Assembly: GCF_006345805.1 (NCBI RefSeq)
Contig: NC_043004.1
Location: forward strand, 78,368,001-78,432,000
Source: Octopus sinensis
Lineage: Eukaryota
DNA: 64,000 nt
Direction: 5' to 3'
In this document: positions 61,384 through 64,000 of the stretch, piece after piece
How positions within the stretch are numbered: position 1 is the stretch's first letter
Layout: each line of letters starts with the position of its first letter
Notes under the pieces: generated by a model
Seen by the model: the letters and a program-made list of their open reading frames with translations, nothing else
Database searches by the model: none
Told to the model about the DNA's origin: nothing
Made by a program: the position numbers and the translations under genes

Positions 61384-61905
61384 TTCATATTCCTAATTTA
61401 TATATGTGTGTGTGTGTCTGTATGCATATATAAATTTGGTGATTCAAACAAGAAAAAAACTTAAAACGCAAGTATATATTGAATATATATATATATATAT
61501 ATATAGTCAATGTGAGGATATCTTATCCTCATAAGGGATTATTTTATCTGAAATTTCACTGGTTTAATCACCAACAGTGTTGAGGAATATCTTTTTGATA
61601 TATATTTGGTATTGTTATAAGTATAAATATTATTAAAGAACAAAAAAGAGTTGGCAAGGATATGAAATTAATTTATTAACATACTGCCAAAAAATAAAAA
61701 TGCCTATGTACGTTTCAGTTCAGTCCAATGTATAATTGCAAATTCAAAATGCTATTTTATTCTATTCTTTGGATTTATTCCAATCTTTGAATTTGTAGTT
61801 ATATATATATATAGGACTGAATCGAAATGTACATAGGCTGGTTTTTTGGCAGTATGTTAATAAATTAATTTTATATCCTTACTAACTCTCCATTATTCTT
61901 CTTTA

Positions 61906-61949
<44 letters not shown>

Positions 61950-62070
61950 ATATGCATTCATATTCCTAATTTATATATGTGTGTGTGTGTCTGTATGCAT
62001 ATATAAATTTGGTGATTCAAACAAGAAAAAAACTTAAAACGCAAGTATATATATTGAATATATATATATA
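60949..62070. repeat. Tandem duplication of a ~556-bp (AT)n-bounded unit, each copy with an internal inverted repeat
   Basis: AGTCAATGTGAGGATATC starts at 60949 and 61505; copies appear identical outside the (AT)n tracts. Confidence 0.92.
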
Positions 62071-64000
62071 TATATATATTGAGTATATATATATATATTC
62101 TTTTTTAATATAAATAATCAGCACAACTTACAGAGTTACTTGGGGGATGAGAATTTCTTTGGTTGGCACTTTTGAAATTCAGGAAATTCTCAGCTCTTGA
62201 GTCACTCTGTAACTTCTGCTGATTATTAAAAATATACATACATATGTATATATATGGGGCATATGTGTATATATTTGTATGTGTGTGTGTGTATATATGA
62301 TTTTATCTTTAGATATGTATGTGTATATGAATTAGTGTATGCGTGTGTATGAAATGTAGTTGTAGCTAAAGAATATTGATTAGGTTGTGTAAGTATTAGT
62401 TTTTTTTTCTTTGTTCAGATTCTATGTCCTGCCCGCCCCCGCCCCGCCCTCTCTCTCTCTCTCTTTGTGAATTCTCAATAGTTTAGTCTTGCTGCTAGAA
62501 CTGCATGTCTTTATCACTTTTTCCCAGATATTTTTCGTTTTATAAATGACAAGTGAAGGTGACATCTCAATCACTGAAACATGTGGTAGCTAACTTATGA
62601 ATTATTAGCTCACTGATAACAACAGCAACACTATCATCATCATCGTCATCAACAACAGTAATAATAATAATAATAATAACAATAATAGTAAATGTTTTTT
62701 TCTTAAGCACCAGTTGTCATGTTTATAAAGGTAAAGATGAGCTGTAATCTCTGGAAGGTTTCATACAGACTTGCCTCAGTTCATGGCTAATTTGAGGGTA
62801 ACATTTAAGGATTTTGCTACTAGTTAACAATAAAAGTCATTTTAATGTCCCCTTTTCCATGCTTGTATGAGTCAGACAGAATCATGTTAAGGCAGATTTT
62901 TTTTTTATGCCAACCCTCACCTGTTTCCAAATAAGGTAATATTCCCTAATGGCCAGACATATTTTCATGGTAGATTGGGAATGAAGGACATTGTGTGTGT
63001 GATGGTGGCATTCATTTACAACTACCATGCAATGTCAAAGCAAGGAGACGGTAACATACATGAGAGGCTTCTTTCAGTTTCCATCTACCGAATCTACTCT
63101 CAAGGGTTTGGTTGGCCCAAGGCTCTAGCAGAAGACATTTGCCCAAGGTGCCACACAATGGGACTGAACCTGGAACCATGTGGTTGGGAAGCAAACTTCT
63201 TGCTGCATAGCCATGCCTGCACACACACACACACACACACGCACCAGTTTGTATTGATATATAACCTCAGTATATTAATATATTCTTCCATTTCGAATCT
63301 CATTTAAATGTTAGTATAGTTAAAATCAGTTCTGTTTTTTTTAATGTCAAGTTTGAACTATCAGGAATAGAAAATTATTCTTTCATTTCAGTGGAATCTT
63401 AGTGTGGGATGGTAACTTGTTTACTACTGGAATATCCAGAGTTCTTATGCTAGCTGGATTTTAAACTGTGGTAAATGGAATAGTTTTTATCCTATCCTCT
63501 TTGCTTTTTCTCTCCCACTTCAGGTAAATAAATAAAAATAATAATTATCAGAAAATTGGAGAAATATCAGGATTTGTCTAGAGGTGAAAAGACTCTGAAA
63601 GACAAAGGTGGCAATTGTTTCTGTAGAAACTGATGCATTTGGCATAACGTCTAAACTGCTGTTAAAGAGGCCAAAAGATAATAGGGTTGAGGTTTGCAAT
63701 GCTGACCTGGAGAAAAGGGCCGTCCTATATTCTGCTAGAAGCTTGAAAAAGATACTTGAGATTTGAAGAGATTTGTCATCACCAAACCTCAGGATATAAA
63801 TTAATGTCCGTTTTTCCAAGCTGGCATGAGTTGGGCAGTTTGATAGAAACCAATGAACTAAAGAACTGTACTAGGCTCCATTGCCTGCTTTGGTCTGGTT
63901 TCTGTAACTGCATGTGTTTCTTCACACTAACCAATTTACAGACTGTGTTTCTTTTCATGGTACCAGGAAGGTTGATGAACAGTTGTACTGGTGCTACAAT

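Noticed and set aside
227-63819. Numerous [12 protein letters not shown] ORFs
   Set aside because: Microsatellite read-through, not genes.

Overview
AT-rich, microsatellite- and SINE-dense metazoan DNA. The repeat landscape resembles what I recall for Octopus (coleoid cephalopod); this is recognition, not a database result. One protein-coding gene spans the window on the + strand: the 3' part of a SARA/endofin-family gene (ZFYVE9/ZFYVE16-like). I reconstruct 14 GT-AG exons from 4906 to the stop at 58990 with fully consistent phases (about 800 codons): polyQ linker, FYVE finger, Smad-binding domain, RVxF PP1 motif and C-terminal DUF3480-type domain. The N-terminal exons lie upstream of the window. 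The introns hold many tRNA-derived SINEs, RTE-tailed elements, decayed RTE and HERO LINE pieces, and piggyBac-like and hAT-like MITEs. The most interesting signal is a set of non-coding retroelements carrying minimal type I hammerhead ribozyme motifs. One is an (AT)n-flanked ~360-nt repeat unit with two inverted hammerheads (3434-4445). The other is a tRNA-headed hammerhead SINE that inserts as TSD-bounded fold-backs (11853-12096, 31791-32107, 33183-33317). Two further (AT)n-flanked palindromic elements have a similar architecture. Also notable: a candidate cassette exon plus alternative last exon that would give a FYVE-only, SBD-less isoform, and a splicing-regulatory-looking context around the SBD exon. 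Repeat boundaries are approximate, family names come from motif recognition, and no ribozyme activity or expression is shown.
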